DNA of 64,000 bases from a virus, in the IMG/VR virus record IMGVR_UViG_3300027644_000003, positions 35,470 through 99,469 of that record. One strand, given 5' to 3'. The notes beneath the pieces were generated by a model, which saw only the letters and a list, made by a program, of their open reading frames with translations, had not been told where the DNA came from and searched no databases. Below are positions 26,311-38,842 of the stretch, in pieces (the stretch's first letter is position 1; every line of letters begins with the position of its first letter). Position numbers and translations under genes: made by a program.

Positions 26311-29300
26311 TTACGCCTGTGCTTCAGTCCACGTTAACTTAGCGGATGTCTGGGTATTGTTACCTGTTAAACGAGATACAGCAACGGTTAGAATATCTGG
26401 ACCGTCTGGGAACACCGAGTCTCCACCAAGGATAGAGTTTGAGAGCTCGAACAGTTCATCAATGTTTACGTTAGTAGCTGAGTCAGTACCGGCTGCACCT
26501 GCTGCACGGAAGTTGTAGATCTGAGTTCCACCAGAAACAGTATCGTTACCAGTGTGAGAAATGATCTGAGTTAGAGATGGTGCAACAACTCCAGTAAAGT
26601 TAAGGTTGTTTAGACGCGGGTTAATAAGAAGTTTTACGTCTACAAGTTGAGTAGTAGATACCGCAATTTCCTTCATACGTAGCTGCATTCGGTTAATAAC
26701 ATCTCGATCTCCCAGCTTACCTGTCAAACCGCTAGACACCGATGGTGATAGACGAATTGATAGTAGTGGCTGGTAAGCAGCTCCAGAAGCATTGTTATAC
26801 GCACCTGCTGGATAGATGTAATAGGTGAACTGGCTGTTACCTTGAGTCTGTATGTCAATTGGGAATTGACCGGCACCAGAGCCAAACAAAGCGTCTGCTT
26901 GGGTAGCGTGCAAGATCATGTTGTTTGCATCAACTGTACGTACAAAGTAAGTAAGTGCATTTTGCAAGTTTGCATAAGGATGGGCTGGATTTGAGGCTGT
27001 ATTGGCCGTAGCTGGGTTGTTACTAGCAGCACCAATTAGACCTGTACGAGTACGTCCTTCAAATACAACTGGATCTCCGGTAGCAAAACCGTGAGCAGGA
27101 ATGTTGATTTGGTTAGTAGTAGTATTTATCGCTGTAGAACCAAAGGTCTTAGTGGTTGTTCCTGCAATAGCAAGAGTGTTACTATTTTGAGAGAACAGGT
27201 AAGCCTTATCATCATCAAACTTACCGTCCATCATAACTGAGGTACCCCAGTGGAATAGGAACGGAATGTAAGTAGGTTCTGAGAAAGTTACAACTTCGTA
27301 GCGACCAGGTAAGTTACCTGAACGGAAGTAAGACTCGAGCAACTTGTTATTGTGGACATACTCGTGAACGTACTTAACTTCACCGTGGGTGTCTTTAAAT
27401 CCGTAACGAATCTTTCCAGCACCGTACCAAGAGTAGTCAATGTAGGCCATCTGGATCGTACCAAGGTTAAGGTTGTAACCTGTAACTCCAGTACCATCAC
27501 AAACATCGATGCTCCACTCTTCTTGAGGAGTACGAGTGTCTACTGTCTTAGTAACAATAATACCTGATTTAGCTGGAGTAAATGAGTGAGGAGTACCTGC
27601 ACCAACATCTGCAATAGCTACATTTGATACTGAATCTGGGCTCGCTGTTAGAGCAAAGTTATTATTATCAACTAAGTTAATGTAGTAGGTACGTCCATTA
27701 ATAAGACCTCCAATAGGAGTTCCGTCAATAGAGTTATAAACAACTGGCAACAAGTCACTAAAACCATGGCCTACGATAGTAAAGGTATCGTTAGCAACGT
27801 TTACTACGCCAGTAGTTCCGTTACCAGGGTTAAACTCTTTTTCAGTTCCAGTAGAACCCTTATATTCTGGCTTAATAGTTAAGCGAGTATCACTGTCAAT
27901 AGATGAAATTTTGTAAGATTGGCCACGTAGAACAATGTAGTCTCCAACATCTAGTTGCGTAGTAAAGGTAGTTCCACTACCAAATACAAACTCGCTACCT
28001 TGTAGGGCGGCCACTGTTCCAGCAATCTGTTGAGTAGAAGATCTACGAACTGCCCAGATCTTTTGACCATCATATTCAAAGAACAAGCCGTTCTGGAAAT
28101 CAAACATACCTGCACGTACAGCTCCGTTTGTCCAGTTTTTTACATAGAACTGTGGGAAACCGTAAGCTTGAGCCTCAACGTTTCCGGCAGCTGGCAAAGT
28201 TGTTGTTGCAAGGCAGGTAAAAATAGTAGGGCTAGTAACAGTTACTTGGAAGATACCGTTATAGAGTGTGCTTACAGCACCTGTTGAAGTTTCAGCTTGT
28301 GAAATTTCAATGTATAGGCCGTTAATCAAACCGTGAGGTCTACGAGTAGTAGCTTCAAAGGTAGTAGAGCTAATACGCTTTAAATCTTCAAGGTCAATTG
28401 TTGGCTTAAAGTTAATACCAAACGATGTCTGCAAACCCTTACCTGACTGGTAACGGAAGTACTTACGTGTTTGACGAATAATTTGAGCAAATGAACTTCC
28501 AATACCCACAGACATTTCAACTCCACCATCAAATGGGCGGTGCAAGTTGTAGCCTTGTGGACGTGTGTAAATAAAGGTTGAGTATGCATACGCTACAGAG
28601 GTGTATGTGGATGCATATGCGCGGTCTACAGTTACCTGGGTATCAGAACCAATAGCTGTAATACGACGGATAATAGGTGCTGCAGGAGTAGTCTTTGTTA
28701 AAGTAAAGTCTGTTCCTGTTCCCTGTGTTGTTAAGTCAACAGCGCCTGTACCAGCATTTGCGTCTGTAGAGCTGTTGTATAGCTTTACAGTATTGGCGTC
28801 TACACGACCAATGTAGTAGAACTGTGCAGTAGTTGTACCGCCGGGAGCAACACCTGTTCCAGAAAGGAACTGGACAGCATCCGTAGTAACAAACCCATGG
28901 GCCGTAATAGTAATTGTATCCGCACCAGTAGTTACGTTTGCAGCAGCAAATGTTTTTGTGTTGGTTACGTTTGGTGGGAAGATACGTAGACGATCTCCAA
29001 CCTTTAGGATCTTAGAGAAGGCAGTATTAAAGCCTGTAACTAGAGTTCCTCCAGAAAGGGTAGATACTGTTCCAGAACCAGTAACGTTTCCGTTAATTTG
29101 ATAGCTAGTAAGTGTGTGATCTACTCCAGCTCCAAAGCTTGAGAACGCAATAACGTTACCTGAAGCAGCGTTTTCTGCAGAAGTTGCAAGACGAATGTAG
29201 TCTTTATTAATGGCTACTACATAGTAATCAGTAAGGTGAGTTAATCCACCAATACTTGTACCAGTATTATTGTTATACCTAACCTTAGTAGTAGTTAAGA

Positions 29301-31911
29301 AACCGTGAGAAACTAACTTAATGTTGTTCTGTTGGGTATCAATAACTGTACGAGGAGTAAAGGTTTTTACAATTGCGGGTACGAAACCACCAGCAGATAC
29401 TGTAAAGGTAGTAGCTGAAGGGATAGTAGCAATTGTGTACGTTCCATCAGGAGACTTTGACAAAGAAAGAATTCTGTGGCGCCCAACACCTGCAGTAGTA
29501 ATGTTTACTGCGGTTCCAGCAACTGCATTTTCTAAGCTTGTTGCTAGCTTAATGTTGTCTCCGTCTACAAGAATAATGTAGTAAGGGGATCCAGAAGTTA
29601 AGCCACCAATAACAGTTTGTCCTACAGCGTCGTACTGAACTAGCTCGCCTTGGCTAAAACCGTGAGATGGGATAGATATCTGATCTGCTGCAAAGTCTAC
29701 AGAAGCAGTAGTAAGGGTATGGTTACCAACACCTACTGATGTAAGGTTAATAATTGCAGTTCCGGCTTTATTTGAAGATAGTTTAACAATGTTGTTGTCT
29801 ACCTTAGAAATAAAGTACTGAGCTCCAGTAGTTAAACCACCAATACTAGTTCCACCGCCGTTACTGTAAATAATCTTTTGTCCTGTCACTAAATCGTGAC
29901 CTGGAACGTAAAGGCTATCTTCAGTAATATTTACAACTACGTAAACAAACGAATGACCGACACCTGTTCCAGCGGCAGTTAAGTCAATAACTGGGCCGTT
30001 TAGGGACTGGCTAAGAGTAATGTTGTTGGCATCTACTACTGTTTTTACGTAGTAAGTAGCGTTGTTTTGTAGTGGGGCAATAGGGGATCCACCATTTGTT
30101 TGGTATCTAACAGGCTGATTTGCCAAGAAACCGTGAGATGGGATAGTAAGAGTATTTGTAGCAATGTTAGCAATAACCTTAGAGAAAGTATCATCGGTAC
30201 TAGCACTAGGAGCAGTCAAATCAACCTTAGGACTTAAAGTAGGAGACGTACTAATTTGATAGCTGTAGTTATTTATCTTATCTACATAGTAGATAGTGTT
30301 AAGTGCCATACCGCCGACCAGTGTGCCACTTGAAGTGTAGGTAATAGCATCATTAGTAGTTAAATTGTGAGCATCTGGGAAGTGGAAAGTATTACTTCCT
30401 AGGTCAACAGTAATTGGTGTAAACGCGTGGAAGGAAGATCCAGCAGGGGCAATAGCAATCCCATTAGTTCCAGCGTTAGCATCTAGAGCTGTTGGGTGGA
30501 CTGTATGTCCAGTTGTAAATGAGTTTACAAGAGTTACAACAACGCTTCCATCGCCAGTGTTATAAGCGCTTAGGTTAGTAATTGCTCCAGCAGAACCAAA
30601 TGTAGATAAGCCTTCCCAAAGACCAGTTGAAGTTGCAACGGTAGTAGCAAGGGTAGTAATAAATGATCCGCCACCACCACCTGCGTGGTTTGCAATAGTT
30701 GTGCGAGCACCGCCACCACCTGAGTATCCTCCGGCTCCACCAGATTGACCCTGTACGTTACCGTCTGACTGACCGCCGCCACCAAAACCGCCGTAACCAC
30801 CAATACGTAAGTTAGAAGAGTTAACTACTAACCCATCATTAAAGCTTCCTCCGCCAATTTCACCATTAACACCATTTTCACCACGGCCTAAGAATCCTCC
30901 ACCACCGGCAGAGTAACCGTTAGTTGAAAGACCACCAAAACCAGTATTTCCACCAGAAGCAACGCCTCCTGTAGAAGTAGAGGAAATGTTTCCTAAATGT
31001 CCGTCTCTACCTGCTCCAGCGTTTGCCTCGCCAGATCCGCCGCCTGAAATAAATAGTGGTTGCTTACCAGTTTTACGAACAACAAATGTTCCTCCACCAG
31101 ATCCGCCCCATACAGCTCCAGAAGATGGTGCAGCACCACGTTGTCCGCAGACAATAGTAATAATTTCACCCTTAGTAAGGCTTACACGACCTTGAACAAT
31201 TGCTCCACGACCTACGCCTCCAGCTCCAGAGCCGTCATAACCAGATGCACCTTTTACGTTAAATTCATACAAACCTGATACGGGCACTGTCCAGTCTTGG
31301 TAACCCTGGTAATCTCCCTGACGAAGATAAGTATCTTCCCAAGCATTTGAGGTTGTGTAGGCTGTGCGTAGCTGTGCAATAGTTGGTGGATTAGCTCCAG
31401 TTATTCCAGCGCTAGTAAATGTGTGGGTGTTGCTTGTTAGAGTGTAGAGAGCTTGAGCACCAGCAAATCCAGAGATAGATACGTTCTTTAAGAAATAAGT
31501 GTTTCCGCTTACAAGTCCAGTAAGGGGGGTTCCATCTGTGTAGTACTTAACAGCCTGTCGATCAGCAGTCTGACCGTCGATATTTAGCTTATTGTCATAA
31601 ACAATAGGGGTGTTAAATTTAATAGATCCTGCAGTCTCTGCAGTGATATCTACAGCAGCACCTCCTGAGGTTGCGCTAAATTTAAGTTGCTTAGGGTTAG
31701 CAGTTACTATATACAAAAGGGCTCCAGAAGAAATTCCTGCAAGAGCACCAATTCCAGGAGTATAGATAAACGTTTTTCCTAAAGTCATATTTGAAGGGAT
31801 AATGTCCCCAGTTACGTTCTTGTAGTAAACGTAGTTTTCAGCAACGTTTACATTTGTCTTAGCAAAAGAGTGAGTACCTGTTGCGCCCGCGGCGGTAATA
31901 TTAATTGGCAT
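26311..31911 (-). CDS. Large fibre protein with ALK/LTK-like Gly-rich domain and repeated beta modules
   Basis: QDWTVP..G.Y...GASG domain; many HG...GD.V.Y...GGL..G..YY repeats. Confidence 0.8.
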   Translation of the reverse strand: MPINITAAGATGTHSFAKTNVNVAENYVYYKNVTGDIIPSNMTLGKTFIYTPGIGALAGISSGALLYIVTANPKQLKFSATSGGAAVDITAETAGSIKFNTPIVYDNKLNIDGQTADRQAVKYYTDGTPLTGLVSGNTYFLKNVSISGFAGAQALYTLTSNTHTFTSAGITGANPPTIAQLRTAYTTSNAWEDTYLRQGDYQGYQDWTVPVSGLYEFNVKGASGYDGSGAGGVGRGAIVQGRVSLTKGEIITIVCGQRGAAPSSGAVWGGSGGGTFVVRKTGKQPLFISGGGSGEANAGAGRDGHLGNISSTSTGGVASGGNTGFGGLSTNGYSAGGGGFLGRGENGVNGEIGGGSFNDGLVVNSSNLRIGGYGGFGGGGQSDGNVQGQSGGAGGYSGGGGARTTIANHAGGGGGSFITTLATTVATSTGLWEGLSTFGSAGAITNLSAYNTGDGSVVVTLVNSFTTGHTVHPTALDANAGTNGIAIAPAGSSFHAFTPITVDLGSNTFHFPDAHNLTTNDAITYTSSGTLVGGMALNTIYYVDKINNYSYQISTSPTLSPKVDLTAPSASTDDTFSKVIANIATNTLTIPSHGFLANQPVRYQTNGGSPIAPLQNNATYYVKTVVDANNITLSQSLNGPVIDLTAAGTGVGHSFVYVVVNITEDSLYVPGHDLVTGQKIIYSNGGGTSIGGLTTGAQYFISKVDNNIVKLSSNKAGTAIINLTSVGVGNHTLTTASVDFAADQISIPSHGFSQGELVQYDAVGQTVIGGLTSGSPYYIILVDGDNIKLATSLENAVAGTAVNITTAGVGRHRILSLSKSPDGTYTIATIPSATTFTVSAGGFVPAIVKTFTPRTVIDTQQNNIKLVSHGFLTTTKVRYNNNTGTSIGGLTHLTDYYVVAINKDYIRLATSAENAASGNVIAFSSFGAGVDHTLTSYQINGNVTGSGTVSTLSGGTLVTGFNTAFSKILKVGDRLRIFPPNVTNTKTFAAANVTTGADTITITAHGFVTTDAVQFLSGTGVAPGGTTTAQFYYIGRVDANTVKLYNSSTDANAGTGAVDLTTQGTGTDFTLTKTTPAAPIIRRITAIGSDTQVTVDRAYASTYTSVAYAYSTFIYTRPQGYNLHRPFDGGVEMSVGIGSSFAQIIRQTRKYFRYQSGKGLQTSFGINFKPTIDLEDLKRISSTTFEATTRRPHGLINGLYIEISQAETSTGAVSTLYNGIFQVTVTSPTIFTCLATTTLPAAGNVEAQAYGFPQFYVKNWTNGAVRAGMFDFQNGLFFEYDGQKIWAVRRSSTQQIAGTVAALQGSEFVFGSGTTFTTQLDVGDYIVLRGQSYKISSIDSDTRLTIKPEYKGSTGTEKEFNPGNGTTGVVNVANDTFTIVGHGFSDLLPVVYNSIDGTPIGGLINGRTYYINLVDNNNFALTASPDSVSNVAIADVGAGTPHSFTPAKSGIIVTKTVDTRTPQEEWSIDVCDGTGVTGYNLNLGTIQMAYIDYSWYGAGKIRYGFKDTHGEVKYVHEYVHNNKLLESYFRSGNLPGRYEVVTFSEPTYIPFLFHWGTSVMMDGKFDDDKAYLFSQNSNTLAIAGTTTKTFGSTAINTTTNQINIPAHGFATGDPVVFEGRTRTGLIGAASNNPATANTASNPAHPYANLQNALTYFVRTVDANNMILHATQADALFGSGAGQFPIDIQTQGNSQFTYYIYPAGAYNNASGAAYQPLLSIRLSPSVSSGLTGKLGDRDVINRMQLRMKEIAVSTTQLVDVKLLINPRLNNLNFTGVVAPSLTQIISHTGNDTVSGGTQIYNFRAAGAAGTDSATNVNIDELFELSNSILGGDSVFPDGPDILTVAVSRLTGNNTQTSAKLTWTEAQA

Positions 31912-32270
31912 TAGTTACTCTCTTCTTTGTGTGTTTCACACGGTGGGCATTTGTAGTTAGGGTCAAAAGGTAGTTCCCAATATCCAGTAGTTTGATTAAG
32001 AATATGTTTTGGAGAAGGTTGAGGAGTAACTATCCATTTGCCAATTTTAACGTAACCTACATAAATCATGTACCCATAATCGTCCCAACGAATAACCTCG
32101 TCGTAAGAGTATTTGGATAATACCTCTTTAATTTCTTCTTCGGAGTATTCTTGCATAAAAACTACATCAGTCACTACACCGTCGGTCAAAAGAGCGTGGG
32201 GATTTGCAACAAAGGGCTCTGCACGAAAAGAAGGAGTAATAGTATGAATCTCAAGATAGTCAGTAGTCAT
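31911..32270 (-). CDS. Fibre assembly-like hypothetical protein
   Basis: PQPSP...LN..T..WE motif of fibre-associated chaperones. Confidence 0.5.
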   Translation of the reverse strand: MTTDYLEIHTITPSFRAEPFVANPHALLTDGVVTDVVFMQEYSEEEIKEVLSKYSYDEVIRWDDYGYMIYVGYVKIGKWIVTPQPSPKHILNQTTGYWELPFDPNYKCPPCETHKEESN

Positions 32271-32291
32271 TTATTTTTTATCCTCCGTTCC

Positions 32292-35120
32292 TTATAGTTG
32301 TTGAATAGTAACAAAACCGTCGGTGTTTCCACCTTGAATATTGTTTGACTGGTTTGTTCCATTATTAAGAGAGCCTCCACCGCCGCCAGCTAAGTAAGAG
32401 CACCATTCTCCTCCACCGCCGCCAGACCAACCACCTGATCCTCCAGAGTGCAGACCAGATGATCCACCTCCACCAAAGCCTCCATGGCGTCCAGTATCTC
32501 CCCAAGGAGTGTACATGTACCCACCTCTTAGTGGGTTGTTACCGTTTTTATACGCACTTGGATACCAGTTGCTTGCGCCACCAGAACCGTCGCTATAGAA
32601 CCCTGCTCCACCAGTTCCATAGTTAGACATAGCTCCGGCACCTTGACCGTTGTCTGCCATGAACCCACCAAAGGCAGCATTTCTATATCCAGCAGTTCCA
32701 GTGTTTGCGTTGGTAGTGTAATTATTTTGAGAACAGCATGGATAAGATCCTGGAGTTCCTCCACCACCGGCAATAACCATAACATCTGATTGAGCTGCGC
32801 CTGTGTACTTTCTTCCTCTCATAACCCAAGTTGCACCGTTTCCTCCAGAAACGTTGTGGTTACATCCTTGACCGCCTGAACCTGAACGTCCTCGTTGACC
32901 AATTGCAATAGTAACAATGTCTCCTTGAGTAAGGGTAAAATCACCTCGCATATTTGCACCTTGACCGCCAGTGTACCCAAACATGTTGTCAGAGTTTCCT
33001 CCGGAACCTTGAGCAGTAATTCTGTAGGTTGCTGTTCTTGGAACAGTCCACTCCATATGACCGTTATAAGAAGGCATATTTAAGTATGTAGCTGCCCATG
33101 CAGGGTTTCCTACACCATTACGTGCTTGAGTAATATTTGGCCCGTCATAACCGCTGGCTCCACCAGGAGTAAAGGTAGCGCTAGTAAAGCTGTACAAGAA
33201 TGGGGCTGGGTTAACTTGGAAAGTAATATCAACAAAGTCTGTTGAGTTAGCACTATCAACGGCTGTAACACGAATAGTTGCTTGAGTGTAACCGCCGATA
33301 GCAGAAGGTGTTCCGGTAATAATACCGGTAGTAGTGTTTAAATTAAGGCCTGCAGGCAAAGTTCCGCTAGTTACAGAGAACGTCAATCCTGCGCCAAAAC
33401 CAACAGCAACCATTTGAGTGGTAACAGTACTCTGTGTAGCTACTAATCCAATGTATTCTTGAAGTTTTGGAGAAGTTTCTCCTACAGTCCAGTTAACATC
33501 AAAATTGTGTGTTCCGTATAGATTCTGCACAAAGTAATAGTCTTTTTGTTCAGTAGCTACATCGTTAACTGCAAATCTACCGCCTGCGGGATAGGTGTAT
33601 CTAAGCATATCGTTTACTTGATACCCATGATTTTTTATGTGGAATATTTCTTTATCTACTGCAATTCCAATAACGGTAAACTTATGTGTTCCAGAACCTG
33701 TTGAAGTAAAGTTAATATTTGCAGAGCTAGTTGGAAACTCTTTAAGGGTAGTTACGTAGTTAATAGAGCTTCCCACTTGGAAAGAACTTTCAATAAAGTA
33801 AGTACGGTTGTTTACAAGGGCAGAGGTAGAGCCTCCAAATAAAGCACTTCCACCAGCGTTAATAGTTGGTGGTGTACCGGTTGTTTCGTACTTAACCATC
33901 AAACCTTGGTATAAGTCTAAATCTGCAATTCCAGAGCCGCTGGCTCCAGTAACGTTAGATCCGCTGAATGAGCAGTTATTTAAGAACTGACCACCAGCGT
34001 TTTCACCATTAAATGTTTTTTCTGCTTCTTCTACCAAGTTAATAATTGTTTCAGTTGCAACGTTAGTGTTGTTACCTGCAAATAGACGAGCTTCGTTTGC
34101 TTTTTGGAAAGTTCCTGTAATAGCGTTAGGAACTGCTATAACTGTTCCGTTAGGTACCGCACTTACAGTAAATATAGAGCCATTTGTATTTGAAGTATCT
34201 AGAGACTTTAAAAATACTACTCCTCTAGGGTTTGTACTAAAGTACCCACCAGCGGTTGTAATGTTGTAGTAAAGAGGAGAACCAATGCCAAGACCTACAA
34301 AGTTTTCAGTAGTGTGTGCAACAGTAATTTGATTAGTTGTTGGGTTAAAAGTAGATATAGAGCTAACAGTTCCTGAGGCCACTGCGTTGTTATCAAGGTC
34401 AAGGCGATAAGAAGTTAAAGTATTAGAGCCGTCAAATACTTGAGCTGTAGATGAGTTAGCTGAGTCAAAAGCTTTAGAGCTTGTGTTAGAAGAGTCAAAC
34501 TCTTGTGAAACTGTTGAGTTAAGGTTCAAGAAGTAAAAAGGAGTTTGAAGACCAAAACCGTGTGGAGACTCTGTTTTTACAGTAAGCGTAGATGATCCTG
34601 CAGCATCAGTAACAATACCGTCAGACTCAGCAATTTTAATCTGTGATCCTTGAAAGAACTCACCAGAAACAATAGAGGTATACAGATCTTCAATAGATGC
34701 TGCATCAGGTTGATTTTGCTTAGAAAGATAGGTAAAAGTAGTAGGTGTTGGGACTGAGTTAATGATGTAAGCGCCGTCTGCTGTAAGGGACTTTGTACCA
34801 CTTACGTTAATAGGAATACCAACAGCAAGTCCGTGAGCAAGTGAAGTTGTTACCTTGATTTCACGAGAGACTGCAGTGGTAGTAATAGCTTCAATATTAG
34901 GGATGGTTGTATCACCGCTCTTAGAGAAGAACGATGGAGTGTTGTTGATAAGTTCAACGGTTTCCCACTTGGTAGGCTGTAGACCATACTCAAAGTCGGT
35001 ATCGATAAGTGTCTGCGGTTCGGAGACACGGATCTTGGTAACCGGATCAATTAATTCAGCTGGAAAACGGATTTCTCCGCCTACGCCACCGCTTGAACTA
35101 CCGCCTAGAAAACCTGGCAT
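32292..35120 (-). CDS. Large fibre protein with putative Ig domain and Gly-rich tip
   Basis: SGTLPAGLNLNTTTGIITGTP (He_PIG-like); WTVPRTATYRITAQG Gly-rich domain. Confidence 0.8.
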   Translation of the reverse strand: MPGFLGGSSSGGVGGEIRFPAELIDPVTKIRVSEPQTLIDTDFEYGLQPTKWETVELINNTPSFFSKSGDTTIPNIEAITTTAVSREIKVTTSLAHGLAVGIPINVSGTKSLTADGAYIINSVPTPTTFTYLSKQNQPDAASIEDLYTSIVSGEFFQGSQIKIAESDGIVTDAAGSSTLTVKTESPHGFGLQTPFYFLNLNSTVSQEFDSSNTSSKAFDSANSSTAQVFDGSNTLTSYRLDLDNNAVASGTVSSISTFNPTTNQITVAHTTENFVGLGIGSPLYYNITTAGGYFSTNPRGVVFLKSLDTSNTNGSIFTVSAVPNGTVIAVPNAITGTFQKANEARLFAGNNTNVATETIINLVEEAEKTFNGENAGGQFLNNCSFSGSNVTGASGSGIADLDLYQGLMVKYETTGTPPTINAGGSALFGGSTSALVNNRTYFIESSFQVGSSINYVTTLKEFPTSSANINFTSTGSGTHKFTVIGIAVDKEIFHIKNHGYQVNDMLRYTYPAGGRFAVNDVATEQKDYYFVQNLYGTHNFDVNWTVGETSPKLQEYIGLVATQSTVTTQMVAVGFGAGLTFSVTSGTLPAGLNLNTTTGIITGTPSAIGGYTQATIRVTAVDSANSTDFVDITFQVNPAPFLYSFTSATFTPGGASGYDGPNITQARNGVGNPAWAATYLNMPSYNGHMEWTVPRTATYRITAQGSGGNSDNMFGYTGGQGANMRGDFTLTQGDIVTIAIGQRGRSGSGGQGCNHNVSGGNGATWVMRGRKYTGAAQSDVMVIAGGGGTPGSYPCCSQNNYTTNANTGTAGYRNAAFGGFMADNGQGAGAMSNYGTGGAGFYSDGSGGASNWYPSAYKNGNNPLRGGYMYTPWGDTGRHGGFGGGGSSGLHSGGSGGWSGGGGGEWCSYLAGGGGGSLNNGTNQSNNIQGGNTDGFVTIQQL

Positions 35121-35195
35121 TGATTTTTACCTCTCTTTACCTGCACCTAGTACAAGATACTTGTTATTGCATTTTTTTACGGCTTATACTTCTTT

Positions 35196-36095
35196 TTAAA
35201 TTCCAAACCACCACATTGTGCCTATTTGTAGGTTACCTGGCACACCTGCTGGACCTGTTGGCCCTACGTTTCCAGAACCTACTTCTGTCCACACGTTATT
35301 AGAAAATACGTAAGTTTTAGTAGTCTCTGTATTAAACCAACCATCTCCAGCAACAGAAGTTGCAACATTTGGGGCTGTTGCACTAGCAGTAAACTTACCC
35401 GCAGGCCCTGTATTTCCAGTAGGACCGGTTGGTCCTGTTGGTCCAGTAACTTGAGAAGCAGCTCCTGTTGGACCTGTAGGTCCAAGCTGACCTTGCAAAC
35501 CTTGCGGACCTGTAGGTCCAGTGTTACCGGTTGGTCCTGTAACTGTGGATGCCGCACCTGTTGGTCCCGTAGATCCAGTTGCTCCTGTAGGACCAGTCGC
35601 ACCATTACTTCCTACAAAACCATTTGTACCAGCAGGGCCGGTAGGGCCTGTCGCACCTGTTGCACCCGTAGGTCCCATTGGACCAACGATTTGACCAACG
35701 TTATTCCAAGTTGTGCCGTTCCAAACATAAAGATCTTCATTTGCAGTAACAATATACGCATCATTAATTGCGTTACCTGAAGCAGGAAGGTTTACAACTG
35801 CTGCAACTGTTCCACGAATATTGATACTAGTTCCTTGCGGACCTGTAGCTCCAGTAGGACCGGTTACAGTTGAAGGTTGGGTAGATACTGGACCTGTAGG
35901 ACCAGTAATACCTTGGGGACCAGTAGGTCCTTGTACACCTGAAGAATAAGATAATGAGCTCCACGCAAGTGTTCCATTACCAATTTTAAATTTACCAGTA
36001 TCGTATTCGTAACCTGCTTCACCTTGTGCAAGCACAGGATTTGCTGCAGACCACTCAGCTGCGGTACCACGCCTAAATTGAACTTTTACAGCCAT
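35196..36095 (-). CDS. Collagen-like fibre with Mtd_N-like N-terminus
   Basis: [30 protein letters not shown]; start placed at ATG 36095 (TAATG overlap). Confidence 0.88.
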   Translation of the reverse strand: MAVKVQFRRGTAAEWSAANPVLAQGEAGYEYDTGKFKIGNGTLAWSSLSYSSGVQGPTGPQGITGPTGPVSTQPSTVTGPTGATGPQGTSINIRGTVAAVVNLPASGNAINDAYIVTANEDLYVWNGTTWNNVGQIVGPMGPTGATGATGPTGPAGTNGFVGSNGATGPTGATGSTGPTGAASTVTGPTGNTGPTGPQGLQGQLGPTGPTGAASQVTGPTGPTGPTGNTGPAGKFTASATAPNVATSVAGDGWFNTETTKTYVFSNNVWTEVGSGNVGPTGPAGVPGNLQIGTMWWFGI

Positions 36096-37207
36096 TAGCC
36101 GGTTACTCCTCCGCAATCAATAATATCGACGCCACCATAGTTTGTGTTGGGAGCACCAGCGTCTACGTTAAGTATTGTACTTCCTGCTGCTCCAGTTAAA
36201 CCTACTAAACCTTGAGGACCTGTTGGTCCTGTTACACCCTGTGTACCTGTTGGACCAGTGTTTCCTATTGGACCTATTACACCTTGTGGGCCTGTTACAC
36301 CCTGTGGACCAGTTACTCCTTGTGGTCCAGTTGGTCCTAATATTCCTTGTGGACCTGTTGGTCCTGATGGACCGGCAACTCCTGTTGCACCAGTTGGCCC
36401 TACTTCACCTTGTAAACCTCGTGGGCCAACTCCACCTGTTGCACCTGTAGGTCCTGTAACTGTACTTGCTGCTCCAGTTGCACCAATGACACCCTGTGCA
36501 CCTGTTGCTCCAGTAGGACCAGTTGGTCCAACAACTCCTTGAGAACCTGTTGGACCTTGTGGACCTACGATTTGTCCTACGTTATCCCACTCAGAACCAT
36601 CCCAAACATAAAGATCACCTTCATCATTTACTAAGTACGCATCATTGAATGAATTACCAGATGATGGTAAAGAAGCAAATGTAGATCTTGATCCAAGAAA
36701 AGTAATTGATACGCCTTGTAAACCACGAGGACCAGTTGCACCAGCAGAACCAGTTGCACCAGTTACTCCAGCTAAACCTTGTGGACCAGTTGGACCAAGA
36801 AGACCTTGTGCACCGGTAGCGCCAGTAGGTCCGGTTGCTCCAGTGTTACCTTGTACACCTTGTGAACCGGTTGGTCCCATTGCTCCTGCAGGACCTGTGT
36901 GTCCAATAGGACCTGTAACAGTTGATGCAGTTCCTTGTGGACCAGTAGAACCTGTTGGACCAGTTGGTCCGTCTAAACCACGAGCACCAGTTGGTCCGGT
37001 AATTGTAGATGCAGGACCTGTAGCACCAGTTGCGCCGGTAGCACCTGCAGGACCAGTTGGTCCTGATGCACCAGTAGCGCCAGTTGTTCCAGTAGGACCA
37101 GTTGCTCCTTGTGGACCGGCAGGTCCAGTACTTCCAGTTTGATCAGCACCAATAGTAATTACTGTTGTGGGCTGCTCAATTATCTCAATAATTTCTGGCG
37201 TAGTCAC
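36095..37207 (-). CDS. Collagen-like fibre protein
   Basis: Long Gly-X-Y repeats. Confidence 0.9.
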   Translation of the reverse strand: MTTPEIIEIIEQPTTVITIGADQTGSTGPAGPQGATGPTGTTGATGASGPTGPAGATGATGATGPASTITGPTGARGLDGPTGPTGSTGPQGTASTVTGPIGHTGPAGAMGPTGSQGVQGNTGATGPTGATGAQGLLGPTGPQGLAGVTGATGSAGATGPRGLQGVSITFLGSRSTFASLPSSGNSFNDAYLVNDEGDLYVWDGSEWDNVGQIVGPQGPTGSQGVVGPTGPTGATGAQGVIGATGAASTVTGPTGATGGVGPRGLQGEVGPTGATGVAGPSGPTGPQGILGPTGPQGVTGPQGVTGPQGVIGPIGNTGPTGTQGVTGPTGPQGLVGLTGAAGSTILNVDAGAPNTNYGGVDIIDCGGVTG

Positions 37208-38280
37208 TACAGTGTTACCTGCTTTTCAGTAAATACTTTTCCAGTCATAAATGTTCTAGTTTTTCCATCTGCACCTGTTAGCTGCACGTCGTAGTAACAA
37301 GCGTATGGAAGTTCTGCTGTAACAGCTCCTGAAAGTGCAAGTTGAAGAGTGTCAAAGATGCCGCTGCCTGTTGATTGAAGTTTAGTAATTACAAACGTAC
37401 CAACAATTACTGGACCTACTTGAGCACGGCCCCCAGTATGGAATAGGCGAAGTTGAGATTTAGGCGTGTAAGTGGCGAGATCCATTGAGAACTTGAGCTT
37501 AATAGCAAAGTCGTCTCCCGCATACATAGAGAGGTCTCTGTTAATAACGTCACCTTCGGGAGTGACATCTCCATAATCAGGGATTGACAACCGTACTCGT
37601 TGTGGAAGAGAAGCATCATCTATCTCCTGTGGTCTGTAGATTGGTACAAGCTTATTAGTCAGGCGACTAATACGGCGTAGATTAAACACATCAATCTTGT
37701 ATAAACCAATACCAAGAAGATTACATAGCTCTCGGTACTGCTCTTTACGTTGAGTAATGATGTCTGTTAGCTGACGAAATCTTTCTGTACGGGGAATAGA
37801 CACACCGTCAGGAGAAATAATATCAATATCAAAGGAAGCATCTGTGGCCAGTGTATAAAGGGCCAGAGTAGTTGCAAGAAGAATCATTGGGTATTCGTCA
37901 ATAACCGGAAGAGTAAGTAATGTTGCTCGGCTACCGTTAGTATCGCTAGTGCTATTGGCGTGTTCTACAAAAGCAGTAGTAACGTACTGGTTAATTTCGG
38001 CGGTAGTAAAGTATTTAAAAGTAGTTCCTGAGGCAGTAACTATTACCCCATCAGCTGGAGGGGAGGCTAATACAATCAAGCCGGTTCGTTCTTCTACAGA
38101 TGTAGTACCAGATACGTTTGTTGACCCTACCCGGACGGTCATAGTTGCGCCGTCTACTGGGGAAGTTGTTAGGTTAAATCGAGTGGTGACTCCGTCGCCC
38201 TTAAAGGTTTCAACAAAGGACTTACCTTGGTCACCTAGTTCAAAGCGAAGACGTTCAGATAAAGCCGAAAGTGTTGCCAC
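37207..38280 (-). CDS. Head-to-tail adaptor with C-terminal fibre-anchoring domain
   Basis: [19 protein letters not shown] and YDVQL motifs; follows capsid genes. Confidence 0.65.
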   Translation of the reverse strand: MATLSALSERLRFELGDQGKSFVETFKGDGVTTRFNLTTSPVDGATMTVRVGSTNVSGTTSVEERTGLIVLASPPADGVIVTASGTTFKYFTTAEINQYVTTAFVEHANSTSDTNGSRATLLTLPVIDEYPMILLATTLALYTLATDASFDIDIISPDGVSIPRTERFRQLTDIITQRKEQYRELCNLLGIGLYKIDVFNLRRISRLTNKLVPIYRPQEIDDASLPQRVRLSIPDYGDVTPEGDVINRDLSMYAGDDFAIKLKFSMDLATYTPKSQLRLFHTGGRAQVGPVIVGTFVITKLQSTGSGIFDTLQLALSGAVTAELPYACYYDVQLTGADGKTRTFMTGKVFTEKQVTL

Positions 38281-38351
38281 TGATTCCTCCGATGAAGTTA
38301 ATGTTCAAATAATCCCGTGATTAGAGACATTAGTCAGGGCAAACGTTAAGA

Positions 38352-38387
38352 GCCCTCATGGACGAAGGGCGGCTTGTCCATGAGGGC
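38352..38387 (-). terminator. 12-bp hairpin with AAGCCGCCCTTC loop
   Basis: Perfect GCCCTCATGGAC/GTCCATGAGGGC stem; weak U-tract. Confidence 0.6.
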
Positions 38388-38407
38388 GTTCTAGATTAAG
38401 TCTCTTA

Positions 38408-38773
38408 TTAGAGACGTTCGTACAAATAGCCCTTTTCTTGCAAGTGCTGAGCAACTTGCTTTGCTACTTTGTACTTTTGTCCGGCTTTAAAGGAATAATG
38501 ATTTCCTACGCCGATTGTTACAAAATCTAGGTCTTCAGCGACACGAATAACTTGTGCGTCATCTGCAAGACTTACGCCTACGGTCTCGACTTCGTCAATA
38601 ACTGTTGGACTGTTTGGGGATGTAAGATCCACAACCTCTGTCTCTAGCTTAGCTGCAGCTACTGCTGTAGCCATTGACATTTCACCTGCACGTTGTGCAA
38701 GTTCTTCTGCGTGAGCTTTAACTTGCTCTTCGCGTTGACGTCCAGTGACGTCTGTTACTTTTGCTTTTGCCAC
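38408..38773 (-). CDS. Conserved capsid-adjacent protein
   Basis: FKAGQKYKV...VA.HL.EKGY motif. Confidence 0.7.
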   Translation of the reverse strand: MAKAKVTDVTGRQREEQVKAHAEELAQRAGEMSMATAVAAAKLETEVVDLTSPNSPTVIDEVETVGVSLADDAQVIRVAEDLDFVTIGVGNHYSFKAGQKYKVAKQVAQHLQEKGYLYERL

Positions 38774-38803
38774 GATTATTATTCTCCTGTAAGTTTGTGT
38801 TGA

Positions 38804-38829
38804 GGGGCTGGATTTTTAGGCCCAGCCCC
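38804..38829 (-). terminator. Hairpin after major capsid gene
   Basis: GGGGCTGG/CCAGCCCC inverted repeat. Confidence 0.6.
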
Positions 38830-38842
38830 CTAACGGGTTAAA

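Noticed and set aside
35196-36095. Diversity-generating retroelement suggested by the Mtd_N-like domain
   Set aside because: No reverse transcriptase or TR/VR repeat pair is visible in the window.
23800-37150. DNA tandem repeats and plus-strand PVGPVG ORFs
   Set aside because: Fully explained by collagen Gly-X-Y codons on the minus strand.
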